From positions 4,336 to 68,335 of the forward strand of contig DHKO01000012.1 in assembly GCA_002404895.1 (NCBI GenBank): DNA of 64,000 nt, written 5' to 3'. The notes beneath the pieces are model-generated. The model did no database searches and was not told where the DNA came from. It worked only from the letters and a program-made list of their open reading frames with translations. Made by a program: the position numbers and the translations under genes. Positions 36,898-46,851 of this stretch are shown piece by piece. This stretch comes from Treponema sp. UBA4692. Lineage in GTDB: Bacteria > Spirochaetota > Spirochaetia > Treponematales > Treponemataceae. The number at the start of each line of letters is the position of its first letter. Positions within the stretch are counted from its first letter, which is position 1.

Positions 36898-36977
36898 ATC
36901 AAAATCTCCTTAAAAATCACCACGGAGGCGAAACCGCCCGGAAAACAAAACGCTTTGCCGGAACTGAAAAAAAAAAA

Positions 36978-37718
36978 TTAAAAGTGTCCCTCGTCAAGAA
37001 TAACGATGTCAACTCTTCTGTTGTAAGCCTGACCTTCCTTTGTCTCGTTCGAGAACATCGGGCGGGTGTCTGCATATCCGGCGATTGAGAACTGTTTTTC
37101 GTCAACGCCGAAATCCGCAAGATAATGAAGAACATTCGCCGCACGCGCCGCGGAAAGCTCCCAGTTTGAAGCGAATTCCGTGCCTGTATACGGCGTGCTG
37201 TCCGTGTGTCCCTCTATTCTAAATCTTCGGTTTTTTAGCTCTGAATCTTGAAAAAATTTGCTCAATTTAAGCAAAATTTCGCGAGTCTCGTCGATGTTGA
37301 GATTCGCGCTGCCCTCTTCAAAAAAAGCGTCCGAAGCAAGCGAGATTACAACTCCGCGCTCATCGCTTGAAATTGTGATTTTCGCGGACTTTACCTCGGG
37401 AGCAAAAAGCGTTACAGCCTTCTTCTTTGCAAGCGAAAGAGATTTTCCAAGCTCCACAGCAGGCATCGCGGTGAGAGTGTTTCCCAAATCGGCGATTCTT
37501 CCTGAAGCAAGAGACTGGCCGCCGCTGGTTGTCGGAGACTCAAGAGCTTCCGTCGGAATCGAAAGCGATGACTGAATCTGCGAAAGCTGCGACATATCCA
37601 CCTCGGAAGGGTCGTAAAGCATTACGAAGAAGCAGAGCATCAATGTAATCATATCGCCGTATGTGCCTTGCCAGGCGGTTGACGGCTTATCAGGCTCTTT
37701 TTTTTCTCTCTTTGCCAT
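36978..37718 (-). CDS. motB: Stator protein MotB
   Basis: TYGDMITLMLCFFV, IEGHTD, NWELSAARA, NRRVDI. Confidence 0.95.
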   Translation of the reverse strand: MAKREKKEPDKPSTAWQGTYGDMITLMLCFFVMLYDPSEVDMSQLSQIQSSLSIPTEALESPTTSGGQSLASGRIADLGNTLTAMPAVELGKSLSLAKKKAVTLFAPEVKSAKITISSDERGVVISLASDAFFEEGSANLNIDETREILLKLSKFFQDSELKNRRFRIEGHTDSTPYTGTEFASNWELSAARAANVLHYLADFGVDEKQFSIAGYADTRPMFSNETKEGQAYNRRVDIVILDEGHF

Positions 37719-37733
37719 TATTTTTTCCTATTT

Positions 37734-38516
37734 CTAGTCCTTCAAGACATCAGGCTCGATGATTTTTCTTGTTTTAGGGTCAAGATAAGTAAGAAGCTTC
37801 ATCGCAAGGATTCGAGGGTTGTCTCCTGCCTGAATCGAAAGAACGCCCTCGATTATCATCTCGTAGGTCGCCATTTCCTGCGAGTTCTGCCCCATGAGCT
37901 TCTGCGCGACAGGTCCTACGAGCCAGTTCGCGAGCATAGAACCGTACAATGTTGTAATCAAAGCGACAGCCATGTTAGGACCGAGCGAGCTTTTATCTTC
38001 CAAGTTGTTCAACATACCAATCAAACCGATTACAGTACCCATCATACCAAATCCAGGTCCGAATCCTGCCCACTGGTTTACAATATTGATGATTTTCATG
38101 TGGCGGGCTTCAGTCTGGCTCATCTCGTTCTCGAGAATCGCGCGGATAATGTTTCCGTCAGTGCCGTCAACAACCATTCTCAGGCCTTCTTTCATAAACG
38201 GAGAGTCAAGGTCGTCAAGTCCTTCTTCAAGAGCAAGGATTCCCTCGCGCCGGGCTTTTTCAGAAAGGCTTACCATGCTCTGAATCAAAGATTTTTCGTT
38301 ATAGTCAAAAGTCTTGAAAATTCTTCCGTAAGCCTTAAAGAAAGTGAGGACATCCGAAAGAGGAGCCACTATGAACAAAGAGAACAAAGAACCGCCGATA
38401 GTTACGAAAACAGACGGAATATCAATGATTCCCATGAGGGAACCACCAGAAGTCGCAACACCGAGCACGATTACAGCCGCGCCGCCAATAATACCAATCA
38501 AAGTTGCTATATCCAT
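37734..38516 (-). CDS. motA: Stator protein MotA
   Basis: ARREGILALE, PGFGMMGTVIGLI, ALITTLYG. Confidence 0.96.
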   Translation of the reverse strand: MDIATLIGIIGGAAVIVLGVATSGGSLMGIIDIPSVFVTIGGSLFSLFIVAPLSDVLTFFKAYGRIFKTFDYNEKSLIQSMVSLSEKARREGILALEEGLDDLDSPFMKEGLRMVVDGTDGNIIRAILENEMSQTEARHMKIINIVNQWAGFGPGFGMMGTVIGLIGMLNNLEDKSSLGPNMAVALITTLYGSMLANWLVGPVAQKLMGQNSQEMATYEMIIEGVLSIQAGDNPRILAMKLLTYLDPKTRKIIEPDVLKD

Positions 38517-38571
38517 GAAAATCTCCTAATTTTCAAAACTGTGCTAATTTGCTTTCTATTAGATTATCGAA

Positions 38572-38769
38572 TTATAATTCCTGTTTGTTTATTCCAATTT
38601 GCCTTCGGTAGGAAATAATCTCTTGAATAACTGCGTCAGGACTGTCTTTTAAAACGATTTTTTTTCCAGACAAAAATGTAATCGTCAAGTCTGGATTCTG
38701 CTCCATGCTTTCAATCATGTGCGGATTTATCCAATATTTTGAGCCGTCAAGCTTTGTAACAGGAATCAT
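38572..38769 (-). CDS. flbD: Flagellar FlbD family protein
   Basis: MIPVTKLDG..INPHMIE..PD; upstream of motA. Confidence 0.9.
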   Translation of the reverse strand: MIPVTKLDGSKYWINPHMIESMEQNPDLTITFLSGKKIVLKDSPDAVIQEIISYRRQIGINKQEL

Positions 38770-38828
38770 TTTTACCCACCGTCTACTATAATACTTAAAT
38801 TTGATGAACATTGAAAGTATCTGTTATT

Positions 38829-38856
38829 TTATCGGCCGGATTTTTGCGATTGTTTA
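38829..38856 (-). promoter_or_regulatory. sigma28 promoter of the flagellar operon
   Basis: TAAA-16-GCCGATAA. Confidence 0.75.
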
Positions 38857-39084
38857 CATGTGTTTACAGGCCGAGCGGACGCAAAATGATGCTTCAAAAG
38901 CAAAATTAAAATCTCCCGATAACTTTTTATTATAATCTCCAAAATTTATTGTCTTTTTTTGAAAGTTAAAATAATTTTTTTTAGTCAGAATTAAAAACAA
39001 AATGAACGAAATTGAACTGCAATCAAAAAGTTCAAGCGAAAAGTAAAATTCAGGATTTCAGATTCTAAAAAAGGAGTTATAAAA

Positions 39085-39771
39085 ATGGCAATAAAGATTT
39101 TGATTATCGAAGACATCCCGGAAATGTCGCAGCTTGTCTCAATGTACATAAAAAAAGACGGAATGGAGCCGCTTCCAGCCCTTAGCGCGGAGGAAGGACT
39201 TGAAATCTTGAAAATCGAGACTCCGGACCTTGTGATTCTTGACCTGAATCTTCCGGGAATGAGCGGATTTGACTTTCTAAAGAAATTCCGTTCTGAATTC
39301 AAGACGACAATTCCAGTGATTATCGTTTCGGCGCGGGACGCAGATCAGGACATAATCAGCGGGCTTGAATACGGAGCGGACGAATTTGTCACAAAGCCTT
39401 TCTCGCCGAAAGTCCTCGTGGCGCGCGTAAAAGCGAATTTAAGGCGCAATTCCGATATTTCGGCGGCGGCCGAGGAAACTTACAAATTCGGAGATTTTAC
39501 GGTTTTGCTGAATTCTTGCGTTCTAAAAAAAGGCGCAGAGAAGATTCCTCTTTCAGCAAAAGAATACAACGTTCTTGAATTTTTCATAAAGCACGAGGGC
39601 GAGCAGCTCACGCCTGAAAAAATCTATCACTCTGTATGGAAAGCCGAATTCGGCGACTTTACAGCGGTTGCGGTTTACGTTCAGCGTTTAAGGAAGAAAA
39701 TTGAAAAAGACCCGGCGAATCCAGAGCATTTGAAGACTGTTTTCGGGCTTGGCTATGTGTTTGCAAAATAA
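39085..39771 (+). CDS. OmpR-family response regulator
   Basis: LDLNLPG, KPFS, wHTH QRLRKKIE..GLGY. Confidence 0.95.
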   Translation: MAIKILIIEDIPEMSQLVSMYIKKDGMEPLPALSAEEGLEILKIETPDLVILDLNLPGMSGFDFLKKFRSEFKTTIPVIIVSARDADQDIISGLEYGADEFVTKPFSPKVLVARVKANLRRNSDISAAAEETYKFGDFTVLLNSCVLKKGAEKIPLSAKEYNVLEFFIKHEGEQLTPEKIYHSVWKAEFGDFTAVAVYVQRLRKKIEKDPANPEHLKTVFGLGYVFAK

Positions 39772-39833
39772 TTTATTTTCATCAAGATTCGTTTCAGAAT
39801 TTTAGGAAATCAAGGAAATTTTTGGAAAATAAA

Positions 39834-41207
39834 ATGAAAATCAAAACTCAGCTCAGGCTTTTTCTTGCTGGCGTGATTCTAGTTCCGATGCTTGCGATTT
39901 CAGGCTTTGAAGCCTATCACTACCTGAACCGCCCAGAAAAAATGCTTTTCGACGGCTACCGGCAAATCAGAAATATGAAGTCCCTTCATCTTTCAAAAAA
40001 AGACACTGTTGTGATGAAGCAGATTATGAAAACTCTTCCTCCGAATGTCGATTTTATTCTCATTTCGCACCACAAAGACATTCTGATGACGACTTTCCCT
40101 GAATTTAAAGGCAAAACGCAAATCGATGACGAAACGCTTTTTGACTACATGAACAGCACAAGCAACAAATATTTCTATCAGATTGTCTCGCCGCCGCTAG
40201 AGGATACAGACTCGGAGATAATCCTGATAAGCCGTGTCCAGCGCGACCAGCACAGGAAAAAAGGCGGATTCGAGAAATTTGTCGCGATGACAATCTTTTT
40301 CATAATAATCTTTGAGATTTTCTGTATCGCGTTCATCTATATTGTCTCAAGAACAATCACGCGCTCAATCACGCTTCTTGACAAAAACACAAAAAAAATC
40401 GCGGGCGGAGAGCTTGACGTGAAGCTCGAGTACGAGAAAAACTCAAAAGACGACAACGAAATCACAAGTTTAACAGAAAACTTGGAAAAAATGCGGCTCG
40501 CATTAAAAGACGACAACGAGCGGCGCACAAAATTCATAATGGGAATAAGCCACGACCTGCGCACTCCAGTCGCGGTGATAAAAGGCTACACAGAGGCGAT
40601 GAGCGACGGAATGTACGAGAACCCGGACGAAATCAAAAAATCGCTTGAAATAATAGAAGCAAAGACCGACCAGCTCGAAACGATGATTAACACGCTGATT
40701 AACTTTGTGAAGCTCAATCAGACAGACTGGCTGCAGCAGCTCAAAAAGCAGAAGCTTTTCCCGGTAATCTCCGAATTCGCGAAAAATTCCGTTACGACAG
40801 GCGAAATCTTCAAGCGGAAAGTAAGCGCGAAAATCGAAATCGACGAGAGCCTTGAAATTCCTTTTGACAAGCTCCTTTTCCAGCGGAGCCTTGAAAACCT
40901 TTTCTCAAACGCAATCCGCTACACAAGCGAAAACGACTCGGTTGAAATAAGCGCAGTTCAGGAAAAAATCCAGAACAAAAAATCCGTGAAAATCGCGATA
41001 AAAGACTCAGGAATCGGAATCAAAAAGGAAGACTTGGACAAAATTTTTGACTTGTTCTATCGCGCCACAAATTCAAGGCGAGAGGAAGGAATGGGAATCG
41101 GGCTTTCAGTCGTGAAGACAATCGTGAACGCGCACGGCTGGGACATAAAAGTTTCATCTGAAAAAGATGTAGGAACAGAATTTGTAATCACAATTCCAGT
41201 CTTGTAA
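39834..41207 (+). CDS. HAMP sensor histidine kinase
   Basis: SHDLRTP, NLFSNAIRY, DSGIG, GIGLS. Confidence 0.95.
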   Translation: MKIKTQLRLFLAGVILVPMLAISGFEAYHYLNRPEKMLFDGYRQIRNMKSLHLSKKDTVVMKQIMKTLPPNVDFILISHHKDILMTTFPEFKGKTQIDDETLFDYMNSTSNKYFYQIVSPPLEDTDSEIILISRVQRDQHRKKGGFEKFVAMTIFFIIIFEIFCIAFIYIVSRTITRSITLLDKNTKKIAGGELDVKLEYEKNSKDDNEITSLTENLEKMRLALKDDNERRTKFIMGISHDLRTPVAVIKGYTEAMSDGMYENPDEIKKSLEIIEAKTDQLETMINTLINFVKLNQTDWLQQLKKQKLFPVISEFAKNSVTTGEIFKRKVSAKIEIDESLEIPFDKLLFQRSLENLFSNAIRYTSENDSVEISAVQEKIQNKKSVKIAIKDSGIGIKKEDLDKIFDLFYRATNSRREEGMGIGLSVVKTIVNAHGWDIKVSSEKDVGTEFVITIPVL

Positions 41208-41285
41208 TTTTAGTTTTTATATATTGAAGAAAATTTAATTGAAGAATATCAGCCGTTTTCCAAAAACAGGTTTCAAAAACGCTCA

Positions 41286-41376
41286 TCATTCCGAGCTTGA
41301 CTCGGAATCTGCAAGAAAAATACAGAGCAGATGCTGAAATCGGGCAGTTTTCTGCTCGTCTTGAATTCAGCATGAC
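41286..41376. repeat. REP-like double-hairpin palindromic element
   Basis: ATTCCGAG-CTTGA-CTCGGAAT and ATGCTGAA..TTCAGCAT; related to 51581-51700. Confidence 0.6.
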
Positions 41377-41647
41377 GACAAACGCAATTCATTTCAAAAA
41401 ATCCGGCAAATCAAAATTCCAGTTTTCCAAAAATCAAAATTCCTAATCAAAATCATTAAAAGCCCCGAAAAATCGGCGTTTCGCCTCTCATCACAGCGGT
41501 GATGATTTTTTGATGACCGTTTGCGGGCGTTTTTCGTTTACACAGATTTTTTTTGCGGTATCTTAAAGGCACAAGGACAGGCAAAAACGGCTTTTGAAAA
41601 ATCAGAATCAAAAACTGAAAACTCTTCTGCCCTTCTGGAGGTCTTAT

Positions 41648-42028
41648 ATGCAGCTGAAATTTTATTATTGCAGACATTGCGGAAAAATCATCGCAATCGT
41701 AAAGGACTCTGGCGTTCCGACAGTCTGCTGCGGAAGCGATATGCTCGAGCTTGTCCCGGGAACAATGGAAGGCTCAATGGAAAAGCACATTCCTGTAATC
41801 AAAGTTTCTGGAAACACCGTCTCCGTGACAGTCGGCTCAAAGCTCCATCCGTCTGAGGCAGAGCATTACATCGAGTGGATTTTGCTGCAGACCGACAAGG
41901 GAATCCAGCAGAAATGGCTCCAGCCGGGAAATTCCCCGAATGTGGACTTTGCGGTTATGACAGGCGAAAAAGTCGAGGCGGCATACGAATACTGCAATAT
42001 TCACAGGCTCTGGAAAGCGGAATTTTAG
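41648..42028 (+). CDS. Desulfoferrodoxin / superoxide reductase
   Basis: CRHCG..CCG, EKHIP, HYIEWI, YCNIHRLW. Confidence 0.92.
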   Translation: MQLKFYYCRHCGKIIAIVKDSGVPTVCCGSDMLELVPGTMEGSMEKHIPVIKVSGNTVSVTVGSKLHPSEAEHYIEWILLQTDKGIQQKWLQPGNSPNVDFAVMTGEKVEAAYEYCNIHRLWKAEF

Positions 42029-42172
42029 GAAACACAGCCTTTCATCCGCGCTCACGAAAAAAACAGCCGTTTCATCAACGCAGAATTTTTAAAAGAAAAT
42101 CCGAAAGAAAGAATCTTCCAAACCGCGCAGGAAAACGGCTGAACTTCAATCAAAAACAAAAAAGGAGATTTT

Positions 42173-42661
42173 ATGAAAAAAGCGACACCATTGACTTCAA
42201 TGCTGAACACCCAGATTCAAAAGGAATTCGAGTCGGCATATCTTTATCTTGGATTTGCGGCGTTCTTCGAGCAGCAGGGGCTTCAGGGATTTTCAGAATG
42301 GTACAAGCAGCAGGCCGAGGAAGAAAAGGAGCACGCTGTAAAAATTTACGACTATCTCTGCAAGACAGGACAGCCTGTGGAGCTTCTTCCGATTTCGTCT
42401 CTGAAAGCAAAGCCAACTTCAATACAGCAGGCGCTTGAAAAAAGCCTTGAGCATGAGGAATACATAACAAGCCTGATAACCGCGCTTTACTTTCAGGCGG
42501 AAAAAGAAAAAGACCTGTTCGCGAAAAACTTTCTGAACTGGTTTGTAAACGAGCAGTTCGAGGAGGAGCAAAAGGCAGGCGAGCTGATTATAAAATACAA
42601 CCTCTTCGGCGCGACTCCTGAAGGACTTCACGCGCTGGACAAGGAGCTTGGCTGCCGATAA
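42173..42661 (+). CDS. ftnA: Non-heme ferritin
   Basis: EFESAYLY, EEKEHA, FLNWFVNEQFEEE. Confidence 0.9.
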   Translation: MKKATPLTSMLNTQIQKEFESAYLYLGFAAFFEQQGLQGFSEWYKQQAEEEKEHAVKIYDYLCKTGQPVELLPISSLKAKPTSIQQALEKSLEHEEYITSLITALYFQAEKEKDLFAKNFLNWFVNEQFEEEQKAGELIIKYNLFGATPEGLHALDKELGCR

Positions 42662-42891
42662 AAGCCTGAATTTCAAATTTCAGCTGACCTTGGTTTTAAA
42701 TGCGCTTTCAACAGAAGTCGCTCACTAAAAACGATAAAAGCCTAAGCAGCAAGGCTGGCGCAAGCCCAAGACGTTTATATCGGCTAGCTAGCCGGCTCGT
42801 TGCCGAAAACTGATTACGCGCATTTTGCTTAGTTTAGCCAAAAAGTTTTTTATCCAGGCTAGGAAATGGATTTTCAGAAACGGACAAAAAT

Positions 42892-43584
42892 CTAAAAGCC
42901 TTTTTTCCCTGAACGTCTGGATTCCGCTTCCGCGCGCTCTTTTTTGAACAAGTCCATAAGCTGCTCGCGGGTAAGATTTCCGTTCCGCTCGCGCGCAGCT
43001 TTTAGCTTCCTGTAGACCGTGTTCTCGCTGAATCCCTCGACTTCCTTCTGATAGATTTTTCCGCCGGAAAGCTGCTCAAGAATCTTCACCTCGTCCTCAT
43101 AAAGAACCAGCCTTTTCCGCTCAAACTGGTTGTCAAGCACAAAGAAAACGCTTCCGACAAACCAGATGCTCCGCGAGATATGAATCAGAAAATTGCACAG
43201 GCTCTCTCCGTTCAGCGAAAAAGCCACGCACACAACCGAAAAATAAAGCGCAAGCGCGATATACTTAATTCCCGGCTTAATCATAATCACAATGCACACG
43301 AGAAAAAGAGCTGTAAAATTGTTGAAAAGAAAAGTCTTCTCAAACGCAATCATAAAGACAAGAATCACAGCGTAAAAAAGATAAAAATAAGAGAAGCACT
43401 TTCTTCTAAACAGAAACGCAGCAGGAATATAAAGGAAATTCATCACGGCGATAATCCAAGTTCCGACAAAAAATCCCTCGCTCACGCCTTTCCAGACATA
43501 AAGCAGGCACAAATCGCCAGAAAGAATCCCCGTAAAAAGAACAAAATGCTCGCTCAAAAAATCACTGAAAACATCGTTTTTCAT
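42892..43584 (-). CDS. Membrane protein with C-terminal HTH
   Basis: Several TMs then SENTVYRKLK. Confidence 0.65.
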   Translation of the reverse strand: MKNDVFSDFLSEHFVLFTGILSGDLCLLYVWKGVSEGFFVGTWIIAVMNFLYIPAAFLFRRKCFSYFYLFYAVILVFMIAFEKTFLFNNFTALFLVCIVIMIKPGIKYIALALYFSVVCVAFSLNGESLCNFLIHISRSIWFVGSVFFVLDNQFERKRLVLYEDEVKILEQLSGGKIYQKEVEGFSENTVYRKLKAARERNGNLTREQLMDLFKKERAEAESRRSGKKGF

Positions 43585-43812
43585 CCGCCCACTCCAAAAG
43601 TTTTTTTAAATTTGACAGACAGCTTTTAGCCATCAAGAACCGCCGAAAATCCAAAACAGAGCCGCAAAAGCGCACAAGCACGATTTATAAGAAGATTCTA
43701 TTTATTTTATGATACCACCTTGTCCCGGATTTTGCATTGAAAACTTCGGCTTTCAGAACAAAACAAGAAAAAAATTATGAAATGCAAAAAAATCACAGGC
43801 GGCACAAAATTT

Positions 43813-44115
43813 GGGCGTTCCCCGGCATCCTGTCGCACAAGAAGCTTCGCTTCTTGCAGTGTTTCTGCCTCTAATCCGCCATCCGTGGCGGAATCAACTT
43901 CCGCAGAATAATTGTTTTTGGCGGCAAATGTCGGGTCGGGCTTTCCAGCCTTCGCTCACGCTCATTCTTCAGCAACCTTTGGTTGCCTCAGAACTTCGGG
44001 CTTCCAATCCCTAACGCATTAGCGTTGGGACGTGCGCGTAAGCGCACATGTCAAATACCCGAGTTTTTCGCCACAAAATCTCGCAGCAAACCTCATGTTT
44101 GCAAATCCCTGACGC
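43813..44115. repeat. Palindrome-rich intergenic (MITE-like) repeat
   Basis: GGGCGTTCCCC..GGGTCGGGCTTT..AATCCCTAACGC; second AATCCCTGACGC at 44104-44115. Confidence 0.45.
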
Positions 44116-44127
44116 AAAAAAATATTT

Positions 44128-45231
44128 TTACAACTTATATTTTTCGATGAGCTCTTTCCATTTCAATTTATGAACTTTCTGCAGTTCTTTGTCATCAGAA
44201 ACTTCGTCAGTATAAATTGAAATAAATTCTTCAAGATTTGTAATCAATCTTAGATAATATTTTATTGTTGGCAATAGGCCGTTGATTATTATTTTGCAGC
44301 CGTGTTTTTCCTCAACTTCATTTACAATGCTTTCAATTTCTTCTTTTTCTGATTCTTCAATTCCAAAAACGGAAAGAACATAGTAACGAGACGGATTCCA
44401 TTTATATATTTTGTCGCGGACAACTCTCATAATCTGTGCGGAAATTTTCTTATCTAGTTTTATTTCAATTGATTCAAAAGTTTTTCCGTTTTTGAAAATT
44501 TCTATATCGCCGGAAGCCTTGTTTGTTCGGTCGCAGGCAGTCAAACTTGAAAGTTCCGCAAGAGCACATTCTTTATAACGACTCATCTCTTTTATCAAAA
44601 TAGAATAAATAGAATGAAATGCAAGAACAGGAAGTTTTGCTCCATTATGAGTCGCATACTTGCAAAGAAAATGCTCTTCTAAAGCTTTTATTATGGCTGA
44701 AATTGTAAGGTTTTCAGGATTTTCAAGCGGAACTATTTTAACTTGATATTCCTTCACAACTTCATCAACAGTGCGAAGCAGAAATCTTAATAAATCCAAT
44801 GCACTTTTGGGATTTTTCTGAACATAATCAAGAGTATTCAAAAATGGCTTTTTTAATCCAGATGCTATATTTCCTGAATAATCCTTTGTGTATGGATAAG
44901 GCTGTTCCAAACTTCGTGTAAGCCAACCGCTTTCCGCCATTGCTGGAAGCCCAAGTTTTTCTAAAATAGGCGTAACATTTGCGGTATCAAACGACCGCCC
45001 TGAAAATCCGTTTGGAAGCTGCGCCTGATGATAACGAATATCCTGCTCTGGATGCAGATGCTTATAATAAAGTAAAGTTACAAGAACTGTATAAACGCCT
45101 TTCTGTTTCTGACATTTTTTGCCTATTGCTTCCACATCTTTTAAAACTTCTTGCGGAATATTTGTCCTAAACAGCTTTGAAGAGAGGCAGCTCTGATAAA
45201 TCATCTCCAAATTGTCCAAAACTTTCTCCAT
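44128..45231 (-). CDS. Type II restriction endonuclease (PD-(D/E)xK)
   Basis: GDIEI..IEIK; adjacent to a C5 MTase; AT-rich. Confidence 0.75.
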   Translation of the reverse strand: MEKVLDNLEMIYQSCLSSKLFRTNIPQEVLKDVEAIGKKCQKQKGVYTVLVTLLYYKHLHPEQDIRYHQAQLPNGFSGRSFDTANVTPILEKLGLPAMAESGWLTRSLEQPYPYTKDYSGNIASGLKKPFLNTLDYVQKNPKSALDLLRFLLRTVDEVVKEYQVKIVPLENPENLTISAIIKALEEHFLCKYATHNGAKLPVLAFHSIYSILIKEMSRYKECALAELSSLTACDRTNKASGDIEIFKNGKTFESIEIKLDKKISAQIMRVVRDKIYKWNPSRYYVLSVFGIEESEKEEIESIVNEVEEKHGCKIIINGLLPTIKYYLRLITNLEEFISIYTDEVSDDKELQKVHKLKWKELIEKYKL

Positions 45232-46231
45232 TTTCAAACCCCTGTCGTTTTATTGCCTGGGCAAGCTCATAAATCATTGGAACTACAACAGAATTTCCAG
45301 CTTGCTTATAAGCATTCCCTTTATTGGAATCCCTTTTAAAACTTTCAGGAAATCCCATCAGCTTGTAACATTCATTTAATGTCAATTTTCTTACAGCATC
45401 TTCTTCAGGAATATAAATCCAAAATCTTCCGCTCGTTTCCTGAGAAGGCAATGTGGGATGAATTCCGTGGCTGGAATAAATCCTGTTTGGTTGCCTGTGG
45501 CAACGTGATAAATATTCTGTGTTAGGTCGGACACCTTTTTTCCATGTTCCTTTGTTTCTGTAGCCGCAAAAAATCAAGCCCGACGGCTGAGTTTTTATAA
45601 AGTCGTCTGAAAGCAATGTGTATTCATCTTTTTTTAGATATTCGAAATCGCCTGTCTTGTCTAAAATGTCCTTTATGTAGACTGGATTTGACTTTCTCAT
45701 GTCGTCAAAGTCAAATTTTCCGTACTTAGTTGCGACTATGATAATTCTTTCCCGGCTTTGCGCCACACCAAAATCTTTTGAATTCAATACTCTAAATGAT
45801 ATTTCATAACCAAGATTTTCAAGATTTTGCAAAATAACTCTGAATGTGTTTCCGTTGTCGTGGTCTATTAGATGCTTTACATTTTCAAGGACAATTGCAA
45901 GCGGCTGTTTTTTTTCGACAATCCTGCAGATTTCAAAAAACAAAGTTCCTCTTGTGTCTTCAAAGCCTTTTTTCCGTCCGCAAATGCTGAACGGCTGGCA
46001 AGGGAAACCGCCGCATAGAACATCAAAATCGGGAATCTCATCAGCGGAGATTTTTGTGATGTCTCCAGCCGGCAAGTCTCCATAATTTTCTTTGTATATT
46101 TTTTTGCATGATTCATTTATTTCTGAACTGAAAACACATTTAAAGCCTGCTTTGTCAAATGCTGTGCGGAATCCGCCTATTCCGGCGAACAAGTCAATAT
46201 ATTTTATTTCTTTATGTATAGTTATATTCAT
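45167..46231 (-). CDS. DNA cytosine-5 methyltransferase
   Basis: FAGIGG, GFPCQPFS, ENV, QSRER, GNSV. Confidence 0.95.
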   Translation of the reverse strand: MNITIHKEIKYIDLFAGIGGFRTAFDKAGFKCVFSSEINESCKKIYKENYGDLPAGDITKISADEIPDFDVLCGGFPCQPFSICGRKKGFEDTRGTLFFEICRIVEKKQPLAIVLENVKHLIDHDNGNTFRVILQNLENLGYEISFRVLNSKDFGVAQSRERIIIVATKYGKFDFDDMRKSNPVYIKDILDKTGDFEYLKKDEYTLLSDDFIKTQPSGLIFCGYRNKGTWKKGVRPNTEYLSRCHRQPNRIYSSHGIHPTLPSQETSGRFWIYIPEEDAVRKLTLNECYKLMGFPESFKRDSNKGNAYKQAGNSVVVPMIYELAQAIKRQGFENGESFGQFGDDLSELPLFKAV

Positions 46232-46377
46232 TTAATCAGATAATACTTTATTGCTTGTTTTTTTTCTACAAAAATTTATGAGTTAAAATAACTATCATGA
46301 TTTAAAAAATCTTATTGCGATATTCAAAAATAGTTGAACAACCTTTTTTTATTTTTCTAAAAATTCATGCGCCATCA

Positions 46378-46637
46378 TAACATATTCCGCACCCCAAACT
46401 GGCGCACTTTCTTCATATGGAATCATTCCGCACGTTGTCCGCACGCACTTTCTGCAAACGGAATAATTCCGCAAGGTGAATTTGCCTGCTTTCTTGACGC
46501 GGAAAAATTCCGTTCGCTGTCAGCACACACTTTTGACAAACGGAAAAATTCCGCATAATGAACTGGCGTGATTCCAATAAACGGAATGATTCCGCAGTCT
46601 GTCCGCAGGTGATTTCTTACTGCGGAATTTTCAGGGC
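46378..46637. repeat. Non-coding array with exact 41-bp period and palindromic core (C)GGAA-N2-ATTCCG(CA)
   Basis: Cores at 46419, 46460, 46501, 46542, 46583; partial cores at 46378 and 46624; 27-bp divergent spacers. Confidence 0.9.
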
Positions 46638-46698
46638 CTGCCGGAAAACTGCAAATCAGGCTTATCCTGTTTATTTTTTCATCTTGCCGTTTTTTACC

Positions 46699-46727
46699 TT
46701 GCGCTAATATTAGTATTCCCTTATTCT
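46699..46727 (+). promoter_or_regulatory. Putative sigma70 promoter of the DUF6261-like gene
   Basis: TTGCGC-17-TATTCT. Confidence 0.4.
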
Positions 46728-46851
46728 TCTTTGTGAAGAGTTTAATTTTTCCATTCATGGAGGAAACAGACTATCGGGATTGTACATTTTGACTTCCAGG
46801 ACAGAATGACCAATCAAATTCCAGCCATTCATTTTTTCTAAGGAGGTCAAA

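Noticed and set aside
2534..38618. Long antisense ORFs (e.g. 2534..3352, 6320..7195, 10022..10828, 21450..22172, 30394..31407)
   Set aside because: Shadow frames of well-supported genes on the opposite strand
42690..42840. Possible structured RNA or MITE downstream of ferritin (AAATGCGC..GCGCATTT, internal hairpins)
   Set aside because: No second copy, promoter or recognisable family to support a call
46378..46637. CRISPR array call for the 41-bp array
   Set aside because: The repeat is only about 14 bp and degenerate, spacers resemble one another, and there are no cas genes in the window
46367..46758. ORFs 46367..46558 (+) and 46423..46758 (-)
   Set aside because: They cross a 41-bp-period repeat that is not a codon multiple and lack an SD; likely spurious
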